Source: Gemmatimonadales bacterium
Lineage (GTDB): Bacteria; Gemmatimonadota; Gemmatimonadetes; Gemmatimonadales; GWC2-71-9
Direction: 5' to 3'
Assembly: GCA_036556505.1 (NCBI GenBank)
Contig: DATBJH010000079.1
Coordinates: forward strand, 1,629 to 65,628
DNA: 64,000 bases
Below are positions 5,809 through 14,547 of this stretch, piece by piece. The translations under genes were made by a program, and so were the position numbers. The first letter of the stretch is position 1. Each line of letters opens with the position of its first letter. The notes beneath the pieces are model-generated. The model was not told the DNA's origin. It saw only the letters and a list, made by a program, of their open reading frames with translations, and did not search any database.

Positions 5809-8112
5809 TTGTCCTTTGTCTCCCCCGGGGACATTCCCATGCGGGCTCCCGTCCTCAACCTGATCGGATCACCCACCGTCGACCTCCCCGAGGTTGGCCC
5901 GGTCACGCCCCCCCTCGGGGCCAAGGCACTGGCCCTGCTGGCGTATCTCGTCCTCGAGCCTGGACCCCACTCACGGGAGGATCTCGCCGATCTCCTGTGG
6001 GGTGAGTCCCCCGAGCCCGAGGCCCGCGCATCCCTGCGGCAGGCATTGCGACAACTTCGTGTCAGTCTTGGAGATACGGTCAACTCCGACCGGCAGCACG
6101 CGAGGCTGGCAGGTCCGGTCAGCTGCGATGTCCTCGAGTTTCTGAGGCTGGCAGAATCCGATCCTGACGCCGCCGCCGCCGTGGCCATTCCCCGGTTCTT
6201 GTCCGGGTTCTCCATTCGCCACGCGCCCCGCTTCGACGAGTGGGTCGCCGAGACCCGGGCCAAGTTGCTCCGCCGCTTCATCGCCGTCCTGGCTGCCACG
6301 TCCCGCAACTTTATCGACCGGCGGGAGTGGCGTGCGGCGGTCGATCGGGCCGACCGGTGGCTCGCCTGCGACCCCCTGTCGGAGGAGGCGGCCCGGGCGG
6401 CTATCGAGGCCAGGTATCTGGCCGGGGACCGCGGGGCAGCCCTCGCGAAGCTTGGCGAGTATCGGTCCGTGCTGGTCAGGGAGACGGGGTGCGAGCCGTC
6501 CCATGCCCTGGTGGCTCTCGGCCGCCGGATCGAGTCGGACGCCGGCCCGGCCCGGCCGCGCCCGTCGGGCGACGACTGGTACGCTCGTGCGCCCCTCCTC
6601 GAAGCCAGTCTGGTCGGCCGGACCTCCGAATGGACCCGGCTGGTCGAGATCTGGAGGGAGGTCGAGAAGAGCGGGCGACGAGTCCTTCTGATCGAAGGCG
6701 AGGCCGGCGTGGGCAAGTCGCGGCTGGTGGAGGAATTCCTCCGCACCGTCGTGAGGGATGGGGCTACGCTGCTGCGGGGGCGCGGCTACGACGCCACGGC
6801 GGCGCTCCCCTTCGCGCCGATGGTCGAGGCGCTTCGCACCGCCCTTGATGCACCAGGCGTCGCCGGCACGGACCCGGAGTGGCTCACCGAGGCAGCCCGG
6901 CTCCTGCCGGAGATCCGGCAGCGATTTCCCGGCCTGGCAGAGCCGGACCCGAGTCCGGAGGCCGCGGAGGCATGGCGGCTGTACGAGGGAGTGGCACAGA
7001 TCCTCGCCTCCATCGCCGCCGAGCGCCCGCTGGTCGTCTCGCTCGATGACCTCCAATGGTGTGACGGCGACAGCTGCGCGCTGATCCAGTTCCTCGTGCG
7101 ACGCCTGGACCAGTCGCCGATCCTCTGGATCGGGGCCATCACCCTGGGCGAGCTGGAGCGGGACGCTCCCGCGGCCCGCCTGTGCCGCACCCTGCGCGCC
7201 CGATTCGGTGCCGAGACGGTCATGCTGGGCGGACTGAACGAGGACGAGGTCTGGCGATTGGTCCGGGAGCTGGGGCACGTCAGCGCGCCCACCGGCGGCC
7301 GCCGGTTTGCCCGGCGTATCCACCGGATCACCGGCGGCAATCCCTTTTACATCATCGAGCTGCTCAAGACCATGTTCGCGCAGGGATTGCTCGCGGCCGA
7401 CCAGGACAGCGGGGAATGGTCGGCCCTGCCGTCCGCCTTCGAGGAAGGCAAGGAGTTTCCGCTCTCCCGCACGGTGCACGAGGTGATTGCCGAGCGGGTG
7501 GAGCGTCTGCCCGAGGAGCTGGGTGAGATTCTCATCTCGGTGGCGGTTTCGGGAGGCCAGGGTTGCCGACCGGCCGTGCTGTCACATGTGCACGGGATCT
7601 CGCGGCTCCACGCGGCGGCGATCTGCGATGCGCTGGGCGAGCGGCGTCTGGTGATGGAGGACGGCGGCTCCTATCGCTGCCTGCACCCCGTCATCGCCCA
7701 CGTGGTTCGCGACGCGCTGACGCCGACCCGCCGTCGCGAAGTCCACCGGGCGCTGGCGGCGTCGTTGGAGCTGCTCGCCCCGGCTGCAGAGGCGCCGGAC
7801 ACCGCGGGGGACATCGCCCGCCACGCGGAGCAAGGCGGGGACGCGGCATTGGCGTTCCGCGCGGCGCTGGTCGCGGCCGAAGAAGCGCTCCGGCGGTTCG
7901 CGTTCACCGAGGCCTTGTCCTGGCTCGACCTCGCATCCGCGGTCGCCGGCAGTCGGGCGGATGCGGAGGAGGTGGACCGGAGGACGGTGCTGCTCATGGA
8001 GACCGCCGGCTGGCGCGAAGTTCCGCTCCATCGCGGCGGGCGCCCCCCCACTACGCGGGAGATCGTGGGAGAGGACCTGGACCTGCCGGTGCATGGCGGT
8101 CCTCCGCGGTGA
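5809..8112 (+). CDS. SARP/AfsR-like transcriptional regulator (winged-helix + BTAD + AAA/P-loop ATPase + helical repeat C-terminus)
   Basis: 767-aa ORF. N-terminal OmpR-type wHTH (ALALLAYLVLEPGPHSREDLADLLWGE...ASLRQALRQLR), a BTAD-like region (FDEWV...EARYLAGDRGAALAKLGEYRSVLVRETGCEPS), and Walker A GEAGVGKSRL. An alternative start is the ATG at 5839. Confidence 0.85.
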   Translation: MSFVSPGDIPMRAPVLNLIGSPTVDLPEVGPVTPPLGAKALALLAYLVLEPGPHSREDLADLLWGESPEPEARASLRQALRQLRVSLGDTVNSDRQHARLAGPVSCDVLEFLRLAESDPDAAAAVAIPRFLSGFSIRHAPRFDEWVAETRAKLLRRFIAVLAATSRNFIDRREWRAAVDRADRWLACDPLSEEAARAAIEARYLAGDRGAALAKLGEYRSVLVRETGCEPSHALVALGRRIESDAGPARPRPSGDDWYARAPLLEASLVGRTSEWTRLVEIWREVEKSGRRVLLIEGEAGVGKSRLVEEFLRTVVRDGATLLRGRGYDATAALPFAPMVEALRTALDAPGVAGTDPEWLTEAARLLPEIRQRFPGLAEPDPSPEAAEAWRLYEGVAQILASIAAERPLVVSLDDLQWCDGDSCALIQFLVRRLDQSPILWIGAITLGELERDAPAARLCRTLRARFGAETVMLGGLNEDEVWRLVRELGHVSAPTGGRRFARRIHRITGGNPFYIIELLKTMFAQGLLAADQDSGEWSALPSAFEEGKEFPLSRTVHEVIAERVERLPEELGEILISVAVSGGQGCRPAVLSHVHGISRLHAAAICDALGERRLVMEDGGSYRCLHPVIAHVVRDALTPTRRREVHRALAASLELLAPAAEAPDTAGDIARHAEQGGDAALAFRAALVAAEEALRRFAFTEALSWLDLASAVAGSRADAEEVDRRTVLLMETAGWREVPLHRGGRPPTTREIVGEDLDLPVHGGPPR

Positions 8113-8123
8113 TGGCACCGGTT

Positions 8124-8191
8124 GGCGGAAGGCAGGATTCGGCGGAAGGCAGGATTTGGCGAAAGGCAGGATTTGGCGATAGGATAAGGCG
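8124..8191. repeat. 17-bp tandem repeat, about 4 copies (GGCGGAAGGCAGGATTY), degenerating 3-prime
   Basis: Units at 8124-8140, 8141-8157 and 8158-8174, plus a degenerate unit at 8175-8191. Intergenic, between the regulator stop and the lipoprotein start. Confidence 0.8.
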
Positions 8192-8213
8192 TCACCCCTG
8201 AGCGATCCCCCTG

Positions 8214-9131
8214 ATGATTTTCGATTGCAGGCTCCGTTCCTCCGCGATCGTGGCCGCGACGCTGCTCGTCGCCGCCTGCCAGGATCTCCAACCCGACCGC
8301 CGACAGACCCCTGTCGCCGTTGTGGCTGCCGCTGACTCCGCGCCTGCCAAGCCCCGGCCGCCGGCGCCGCGGCGTGACACCGCGGTGCGTGAGGCCACCG
8401 GTCCCGAGGCGGAGGCCGCCTTCAGGGAGACCAGTCAGACCCTTCGAAGGCTGGTAGCGGCCGAGCAGTCGTTCTTCGCCGAAACCGGAGCCTACAGCGC
8501 CGACCTCGGCAGGGTGGGTTTTCGCCCGGTGGGGGCGAGCAAGGTGGAGTTCCTCTGGGTCGCGAAGGAAGGCTGGGCGGCGCGCGCCACGCATCCCGTG
8601 CTCGAGGGGCGCGACTGCGTCACCTTCACCGGCGGCGGCGGACCGGTACCCGCGACCCGGCGTCTGAAGCGGAGCGGCCGTCAGGGTGTGGTGGTATGCG
8701 ATCTCGTCGTCCCGGCGCAGCCAGTCCGACGCCCAGCGCCTCCGCCTCGAGACACCGCCCGGACGCCCGCTCACGCCTCCTCCTCCCCGCCCGCTGTGGT
8801 GGATACGACCAGCGCGCTCGACGCGGTTAACCCGAGCGTCCAGATGAGGGTGGACCTCCGCAAGATGGTCCAGGCCCAGACCGCCTATTTCGGCACCCAG
8901 AACACCTACTCCCGGCGGGTGGAGACCCTTCCCCTCCAGTTCGGTTGGCAGCGGGGCGTTTCCGTCCAGCTGATCCATGCCGATCAGCGCGGCTGGTCCG
9001 CCCGTGCGACGCACCAGGCGTTGCCCGACAAGAGCTGCGTGGTGTGGTTCGGAAAGCCACTCCGCCGGCCCATGACGGCAGAGCAGCAGAGGGTGCCCCC
9101 GCAGTCCGGCGTGCCCGTCTGCGACGACTAG
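8214..9131 (+). CDS. Lipoprotein with two tandem pilin-like globular domains
   Basis: Lipobox LLVAAC. Internal duplication: LRRLVAAEQSFFAETGAYSADLG...EGWAARATHPVLEGRDCV versus LRKMVQAQTAYFGTQNTYSRRVE...RGWSARATHQALPDKSCV. Each copy ends with a Cys...VCD pair. Confidence 0.65.
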   Translation: MIFDCRLRSSAIVAATLLVAACQDLQPDRRQTPVAVVAAADSAPAKPRPPAPRRDTAVREATGPEAEAAFRETSQTLRRLVAAEQSFFAETGAYSADLGRVGFRPVGASKVEFLWVAKEGWAARATHPVLEGRDCVTFTGGGGPVPATRRLKRSGRQGVVVCDLVVPAQPVRRPAPPPRDTARTPAHASSSPPAVVDTTSALDAVNPSVQMRVDLRKMVQAQTAYFGTQNTYSRRVETLPLQFGWQRGVSVQLIHADQRGWSARATHQALPDKSCVVWFGKPLRRPMTAEQQRVPPQSGVPVCDD

Positions 9132-9134
9132 CTC

Positions 9135-9587
9135 TTAGCGTCCCGCGCCGACCCGCCGGACGAAGTCGGTCCAGAAATCCTCGGTGAGTCGCCGCGCGGC
9201 GCCTTCCAGCAGCCTCGGACCGAGGCTCGCGACGGCGCCGCTGATCGTACTGGTGGCCTCCCAGTTCATCCGGGTTCGGCCGTTGGCCAGCGGCTCCAGC
9301 CGTACCAGGGAGACGGTGTCGATCGCCGATCCTGAGGCACTGCCGAGCGCGGTCATCCGGAGCCGCTCCAGCGGCACCACGTCGGACAGCTTCACGTCCA
9401 GCTGAAAGCTCACCCGCAGCGGGCCCACACCGATTCCGCTGTTCACCTTGAAGTGCGTCGGGCTCACCGGCTCGACGGATTCCACGCCCGGTGCCGAGGC
9501 GGCCACGAAGTTCGGATCCAAGAGCCTGGACCAGACCTCCTCGCGGGGGGCCATGATCTCGGGTGCGCCGGCGAATTCCAGCCTCAT
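9135..9587 (-). CDS. SRPBCC/CoxG-family protein
   Basis: ORF trimmed to MRLEFAGAPEIMAPREEVWSRLLDP... with an AAGGAA SD. The sequence resembles carbon monoxide dehydrogenase subunit G-like SRPBCC proteins. Confidence 0.75.
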   Translation of the reverse strand: MRLEFAGAPEIMAPREEVWSRLLDPNFVAASAPGVESVEPVSPTHFKVNSGIGVGPLRVSFQLDVKLSDVVPLERLRMTALGSASGSAIDTVSLVRLEPLANGRTRMNWEATSTISGAVASLGPRLLEGAARRLTEDFWTDFVRRVGAGR

Positions 9588-9769
9588 GCAGGGTTCCTTG
9601 TTCGGGCGTGGTGGTGCGGGTAGTCGAGCGAAGGCCGGCGGGGGGCGGCGTCGAAATTCGTGACAACATTGTTGTGGCCGCGAGAGGGTCAAGACTCCGG
9701 CCCGCTTGGGCTTGACCGCTCGCCGGCCGGTCGTGTAAAGTGACTGTCCCGCGATCCGCGGGATCTCTT

Positions 9770-9842
9770 GGGGTGTAGCTCAATAGGCAGAGCGCCCGGC
9801 TGTTAACCGGGAGGTTGCTGGTTCGACCCCAGCCGCCCCAGT
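9770..9842 (+). tRNA. tRNA-Asn (GTT)
   Basis: Cloverleaf by hand: acceptor TGGGGTG/CGCCCCA, D-arm GCTC/GAGC, anticodon stem CCCGG/CCGGG with loop CTGTTAA, T-arm GCTGG TTCGACC CCAGC. CCA is not encoded. Confidence 0.9.
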
Positions 9843-9849
9843 GCCAGGA

Positions 9850-11424
9850 TCACTCCAGCTTTTCGTAGGCCCCGAGCGTGAGAAACTCGGGGAACTCCCG
9901 CGCGCTCACCAGCGCATCTAGCAGGGCAGCGGCTTCGCCCAGCCGCTGACCGGCCCCCGCGATCGACTCCAGCCGGCGACGTTCCTCCGCCAACAGCGCC
10001 CGCACCCGCTCCAGCGTCACCGGCTGCCCGTCCTCGGTGCTGACCCCGTGGCGCACCCACTGCCACAGCTGAGCCCGCGCGATCTCGGCGGTCGCCGTGT
10101 CCTCCATCATGTTGTTGATCGCGACGGCCCCCGAGCCGCGGAGCCAGGCCTCGAGATACTGGAGCGCGACCGAGACATCGCTCAGGAGTCCAGCGGCGGT
10201 GATCCGCGCGCCCGGCACGCCGACATCGAGCAGCTCGCGGCGCCCGACCCGAACCTCGTCGCGGCGTCGCTCCTTCTGGTGCGCGCGCTCGCCCAGGGTT
10301 CGGTCGAACACCTCCTGCACAACTGGCACCAGGTCGGGGTGGGCCACCCATGCCCCGTCGTAACCGGCGTCCGCCTCCCGTCCCTTGTCCTCGCGGACTT
10401 TCGCGAAGGCGGTCGCGTTGACCTCGGCGTCGCGGCGGCTGGGGATGAAGGCGGCCATGCCGCCGATCGCGTGGGCGTGGCGGCGGTGGCAGGTGCGCAC
10501 CAGCAGCTCGGTGTAGGCTTGCATGAACGGCACCGACATCGTGAGCTGCGCCCGATCCGGCAGAACGAACTCGGGCCGATCCCGGAAGTTCTTGATGATG
10601 CTGAACAGATAGTCCCACCGGCCGGCGTTGAGCCCCGCCGCGTGCTCTCGCAGCTCGTACAGGATCTCGTCCATCTCGAAAGCGGCGAGGATGGTCTCGA
10701 TCAGGACGGTCCCGCGAATCGTGCCCCGGGGGAGTGCCATCGCGTCCTGGGCCGCGTTGAACACGTCGTTCCAGAGCCGTGCCTCGAGATGGCTCTCCAG
10801 CTTCGGCAGATAGAAATACGGCCCGCTCCCGCGGGCCAGCAGCTCCCGCGCATTGTGGAAGAAGTACAGGCCGAAGTCCACCAGGCTCGCGGGTACCTGG
10901 CGGCCGCCGAGCAGGATGTGCTTCTCCTCCAGGTGCCAGCCACGCGGCCGCACGACCAGCGTGGCCAGCCGCTCGCCGAGCGTGTAGCGCTTCCCTTCCG
11001 GGCTCACGTACTCGAGCTCGCGCCGTACCGCCTCCATGCAGTTGAGCTGTCCGGTGATGACGTTGGTCCACGGCGGCGACAGTGCGTCCTCGAAGTCCGC
11101 CATGAAAACCCGCGCGCCGGAGTTGAGCGCGTTGATCATCATCTTGCGCTCTACCGGCCCGGTGATCTCCACCCGGCGGTCGGTCAGGTCGGGTGCGGAC
11201 GGCGCCACCGTCCAGTCGGACTCGCGGACCCATGCCGTCTCCTGCGAAAAATCGGGCTCCTCGCCTTGGCGCAGGCGGCGCTGCACCTCGCGCCGGCGGG
11301 CGAGGAGCTGATCCCGCACGGGGGCGAACCGCGCGATGAGCGGCGCCAGAAAGCCGAGCGCGTCCGGTGTGAGGACGCGGTCCTGGCCGGGCACGTTCGG
11401 CCCACGGATGTCGAATGCCGTCAT
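9850..11424 (-). CDS. aceB: Malate synthase A
   Basis: ORF 9850-11583 trimmed to MTAFDIRG (AGGAG SD). Contains characteristic MSA blocks: [59 protein letters not shown]. Confidence 0.9.
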   Translation of the reverse strand: MTAFDIRGPNVPGQDRVLTPDALGFLAPLIARFAPVRDQLLARRREVQRRLRQGEEPDFSQETAWVRESDWTVAPSAPDLTDRRVEITGPVERKMMINALNSGARVFMADFEDALSPPWTNVITGQLNCMEAVRRELEYVSPEGKRYTLGERLATLVVRPRGWHLEEKHILLGGRQVPASLVDFGLYFFHNARELLARGSGPYFYLPKLESHLEARLWNDVFNAAQDAMALPRGTIRGTVLIETILAAFEMDEILYELREHAAGLNAGRWDYLFSIIKNFRDRPEFVLPDRAQLTMSVPFMQAYTELLVRTCHRRHAHAIGGMAAFIPSRRDAEVNATAFAKVREDKGREADAGYDGAWVAHPDLVPVVQEVFDRTLGERAHQKERRRDEVRVGRRELLDVGVPGARITAAGLLSDVSVALQYLEAWLRGSGAVAINNMMEDTATAEIARAQLWQWVRHGVSTEDGQPVTLERVRALLAEERRRLESIAGAGQRLGEAAALLDALVSAREFPEFLTLGAYEKLE

Positions 11425-11443
11425 GCTCCTGACCGATCGGGTG

Positions 11444-12076
11444 TCAGATTGCAGCGACGTACAGGGCAATGAAAGTGAAATGGCAGGCGCTTCCGGCCAG
11501 CACCAGGAGATGCCACAGTCCGTGGTGTCCGAAGCGACCGGGCAGCGGATTCGGCCGTTCCACGGCGTAGATGATGGCGCCAACGGTATACGCCATGCCT
11601 CCCGCGACCAGCCACCCCAGTGCCGGTCCGACCTCCCTCGCCAGCGGAACCACCGCCAGCAGCGCCAGGTAGCCCATGCCGAGGTAGGTACCCGTGGAGA
11701 TCCAGACCGGAGCGTCCAACCACCGGATCTTGAAGGGGATCCCCGCGGCGGCGATGGTCCAGCTCGCGGCCAGGAGGGCGGGGCCCCCCGACTCGCGCAA
11801 GGTGATCGCTGCCACCGGCGTGTAGGTGCCCGCGATCAGGAAGTAGATCGCGATGTGGTCCAGCGTCCGGAGGCGGCGCAGTCCGACGGCCCCGAGGGGC
11901 AGACCGTGGTAGCAGGTGCTGGCGCCATACAGCAGGAGCAGCGTTGCGCCATAGACGGCGAAGGCGAGGAGCTGCGCCCTGCCGCTCGCCAGGTGCACCA
12001 GGTACCAGGTGCCGAGCCCCGCGAGGACGAACCCGACGAAGTGGGACCCGGCGTTGAAAGGCTCGCGGACGCGCAT
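11444..12076 (-). CDS. Hemolysin III / PAQR family membrane protein
   Basis: 210 aa with 7 hydrophobic helices. Contains HlyIII-type motifs: [48 protein letters not shown]. Confidence 0.85.
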   Translation of the reverse strand: MRVREPFNAGSHFVGFVLAGLGTWYLVHLASGRAQLLAFAVYGATLLLLYGASTCYHGLPLGAVGLRRLRTLDHIAIYFLIAGTYTPVAAITLRESGGPALLAASWTIAAAGIPFKIRWLDAPVWISTGTYLGMGYLALLAVVPLAREVGPALGWLVAGGMAYTVGAIIYAVERPNPLPGRFGHHGLWHLLVLAGSACHFTFIALYVAAI

Positions 12077-12265
12077 GGGTCCAATCTATCTCGGTTCCCG
12101 CCGGGTCAGCATGACGGGCGTTTTACCCGCTCCCGGACGGGGGTCCACCCTTGTACCGGAGGGTGGTTGGAAATACGGTACAGGGGACGGGTCCGCCCTG
12201 CGATGGCTGGCCCCGATCGTGACTGATGCAAGCGCGAAGGTGATCGGTAAAGGACCTTACAGAAC

Positions 12266-13414
12266 GTGCGCGTAGCCCTCTTTTCGGAAGTCTACTGGCC
12301 GATGGTAAGCGGGGTCGGCGTGACCCTCCTGCGTCTCACCGAGGCGCTCCAGGCACGGGGTCATCAGGTCCGGGTGTACTCGGCGAGCTATGGTCTGTCC
12401 ACCGGTCAGCCCGACCGTCCCGAGGTCCATCGGTCGCCCAGCGTCCCCTTTTTCCTCTATCCCGACGTTCAGTGGGCGTTCCCCCGGATGCGTGACGTGG
12501 TGGACGACCTGGCCCGGTTCCGCCCGGACGTGGTCCACGTCGTCACGGAGTTCTCGCTCGGGATCGCGGGGGTGAAGGCCGCCCGGCAGCTCGGGCTACC
12601 GCTGATCGCCTCGGCCCATACCGACTACGAGCGTTACGCGCAGCGCTACGGCGTCCCCTGGGCGATCCGCGCCGGCTGGCACTATCTCCGCTGGTTCTAC
12701 GGTCAGGCGCACAAGGTCCTCTGTCCGTCGCGGATCTACGAGCAGCACCTGCACAGCCGTGGTGTGCTGCACACCGGGCTCTGGAGCCGCGGGGTGGATC
12801 CCGACTGGTTCCACCCCCGCTTCCGGAGCCAGGAGTACCGGGCGCGCTTCGGCGCCGGGCCGGGCGACCTCCTGATCACCTACATCGGCCGCATCGCGCG
12901 GGAGAAGAATCTCGAGCTGCTGCTCGAGGCCTGGGAGCGCTTGGCCCCGGTGCGCGGCTCGGCCCAGCTCGTCCTGGTGGGCAGGGGCCCCCTCGAGGAA
13001 GACATTCGCCGCCGCGAGATCGCGGGCGTGCATGTCCCCGGCCTGCTCCAGGGCCGCGACCTCTCGGCCGCGTATGCCTCGGCGGACGTGTTCACCTTCC
13101 CCTCGCCGACCGAGACGTTCGGGAACTCGCTGCTCGAGGCGATGGGGTCCGGGTTGCCGCCTCTGGTCGCCGCGTCAGGGGGGGTCCTGGAGTTCTCCGA
13201 GCACGGCGACAACGCCTGGCTGGTCGCGCCGGACAGCGTCAAGGCGATCGAGGAGGGATTGGCGAGGCTGCTGACCGACGCCGCGCTCCGGCGCCATCTG
13301 TCGGTCGGCGCGCTCCGGACCGCGAGGGAGCGCGACTGGAACCAGGTCTATGACCGGCTGCTGGCGGACTATGCCGAGGCGGTGGAAGGGAAGCGGCTCA
13401 CAAAGGCGGCCTGA
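12266..13414 (+). CDS. Glycosyltransferase family 4 (GT-B)
   Basis: 382 aa with a GTG start. N-terminal MRVALFSEVYWPMVSGVGV and a C-terminal FPSPTETFGNSLLEAMGSGLP (E-x7-E region), both typical of GT4. Confidence 0.85.
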   Translation: MRVALFSEVYWPMVSGVGVTLLRLTEALQARGHQVRVYSASYGLSTGQPDRPEVHRSPSVPFFLYPDVQWAFPRMRDVVDDLARFRPDVVHVVTEFSLGIAGVKAARQLGLPLIASAHTDYERYAQRYGVPWAIRAGWHYLRWFYGQAHKVLCPSRIYEQHLHSRGVLHTGLWSRGVDPDWFHPRFRSQEYRARFGAGPGDLLITYIGRIAREKNLELLLEAWERLAPVRGSAQLVLVGRGPLEEDIRRREIAGVHVPGLLQGRDLSAAYASADVFTFPSPTETFGNSLLEAMGSGLPPLVAASGGVLEFSEHGDNAWLVAPDSVKAIEEGLARLLTDAALRRHLSVGALRTARERDWNQVYDRLLADYAEAVEGKRLTKAA

Positions 13415-13430
13415 GGAAGTTGTCCGCCAT

Positions 13431-13505
13431 GAGCTATCCGTTATCGGTCAGGCACACCGTGGCTGGCCGGTGTGTTTACCGACAGCCGACAGCTGATAGC
13501 GGCTC
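13431..13505. repeat. Tandem-heptamer palindromic element, type B (CTATCGG-like arms)
   Basis: Left arm GAGCTATCCGTTATCGGTCAGG. Central hairpin CACACCG/CGGTGTG. Right arm CCGACAGCCGACAGCTGATAGCGGCTC. Lies between convergent genes. Confidence 0.6.
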
Positions 13506-13510
13506 GCGGA

Positions 13511-14545
13511 TCAGAGCTGCTCCAGGACGAGATAGGTCACCGCCGCGATCGCGGCACTCATCGGAATCGTCAGGATCCAGGCCCAGACGATTCTGCCCGC
13601 AACCCCCCATCGCACCGCCGACAACCGCTGCGCCGCGCCCACGCCCACGATCGCACCGGTGATTGTGTGCGTGGTGCTGACCGGCACGCCCAGGTGGGTC
13701 GCGATCAGGATCGCGATCCCGCCGCCGGTCTCGGCACAGAACCCGTTGAACGGACGCAGCTTGGTGATACGGGAGCCCATGGTTTTCACGATGCGCCAGC
13801 CGCCCATCGCGGTGCCGAGTGCGATGGCGATGTGGGCCGAGAGCACGATCCAGAGCGGCACATGGTCGGCCGTGCGAAGGTGGAAGTGGCTCAACAACCC
13901 GGTCGAGCCGACGAAGTGCGCCTGCGTGGCCACCAGCAGGCTCACGATGATGCCCATCGTCTTCTGGGCGTCGTTCGCCCCGTGGGAGAGCGAGTAGAGC
14001 GCAGCCGAGATCAGTTGGAGTCGTCGAAAGATCCGATCGAGTGGGCCCGGCGACGCGCTGCGCAAGGCCCAGGACAGGCCCACCGTGAGGAGGAGGGAGA
14101 CTGCCAGGCCCAGTAGCGGCGAGATCAGGATGAACAGGAGCGGCAAGGTCCATCCCCCGGGGATGAGGGCGCCGAACCCCGCCTTGGCGATGGCCGCGCC
14201 GGCATAGCCGCCGAGCAGCGCGTGGGACGAGGAGCTGGGAAGCCCACCCCACCACGTGATCAGGTCCCACACGATCGCGCCGATCAGCCCGCCCAGGATG
14301 ACGCTGGGGTCCACCACGTTGACGTCGATCAGCCCCTTGCCGATGGTCTTGGCCACGGCGGTGCCGACGATGAACGCCGCGATGAAGTTGAAGAAGGCGG
14401 CCCAGAACACCGCCACGCCGGGCGTGAGCACCCGGGTGGACACCACGGTGGCGATCGAATTGGCGCTGTCGTGAAAGCCATTGATGAAGTCGAAGGTGAG
14501 CGCGATGAAGACGATCACCAGGACGTAGAGGACGGTCCCGTCCAT
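13511..14545 (-). CDS. Inorganic phosphate transporter, PiT family
   Basis: ORF trimmed to MDGTVLYVLVIVFIALTFDFINGFHDSANSIAT (the PiT signature GFHDxAN, repeated later as SHGANDAQKTMG). Confidence 0.9.
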   Translation of the reverse strand: MDGTVLYVLVIVFIALTFDFINGFHDSANSIATVVSTRVLTPGVAVFWAAFFNFIAAFIVGTAVAKTIGKGLIDVNVVDPSVILGGLIGAIVWDLITWWGGLPSSSSHALLGGYAGAAIAKAGFGALIPGGWTLPLLFILISPLLGLAVSLLLTVGLSWALRSASPGPLDRIFRRLQLISAALYSLSHGANDAQKTMGIIVSLLVATQAHFVGSTGLLSHFHLRTADHVPLWIVLSAHIAIALGTAMGGWRIVKTMGSRITKLRPFNGFCAETGGGIAILIATHLGVPVSTTHTITGAIVGVGAAQRLSAVRWGVAGRIVWAWILTIPMSAAIAAVTYLVLEQL

Positions 14546-14547
14546 GC

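Noticed and set aside
5556-6746. 396-aa minus-strand ORF spanning the regulator 5-prime region.
   Set aside because: Only its last 44 codons look real. That part has its own SD and ATG at 5690 and is paralogous to the 5206-5361 peptide. The remainder is antisense to the well-supported SARP regulator gene and has shadow-ORF composition.
9770-9842. tRNA-Asn as an integration site for a genomic island.
   Set aside because: No integrase, no direct repeat of the tRNA 3-prime end and no compositional shift were seen in the flanking kilobases. The neighbours are ordinary metabolic genes.
12132-12181. Resemblance of CCGGACGG...GUACCGG... to the guanidine-III (ykkC-III) riboswitch pseudoknot.
   Set aside because: The order of the paired strands is similar. 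However, the long conserved loop between the second and third strands is missing. The flanking genes (a GT4 glycosyltransferase and hemolysin III) are not guanidine-related. I kept it only as a generic low-interest structure.
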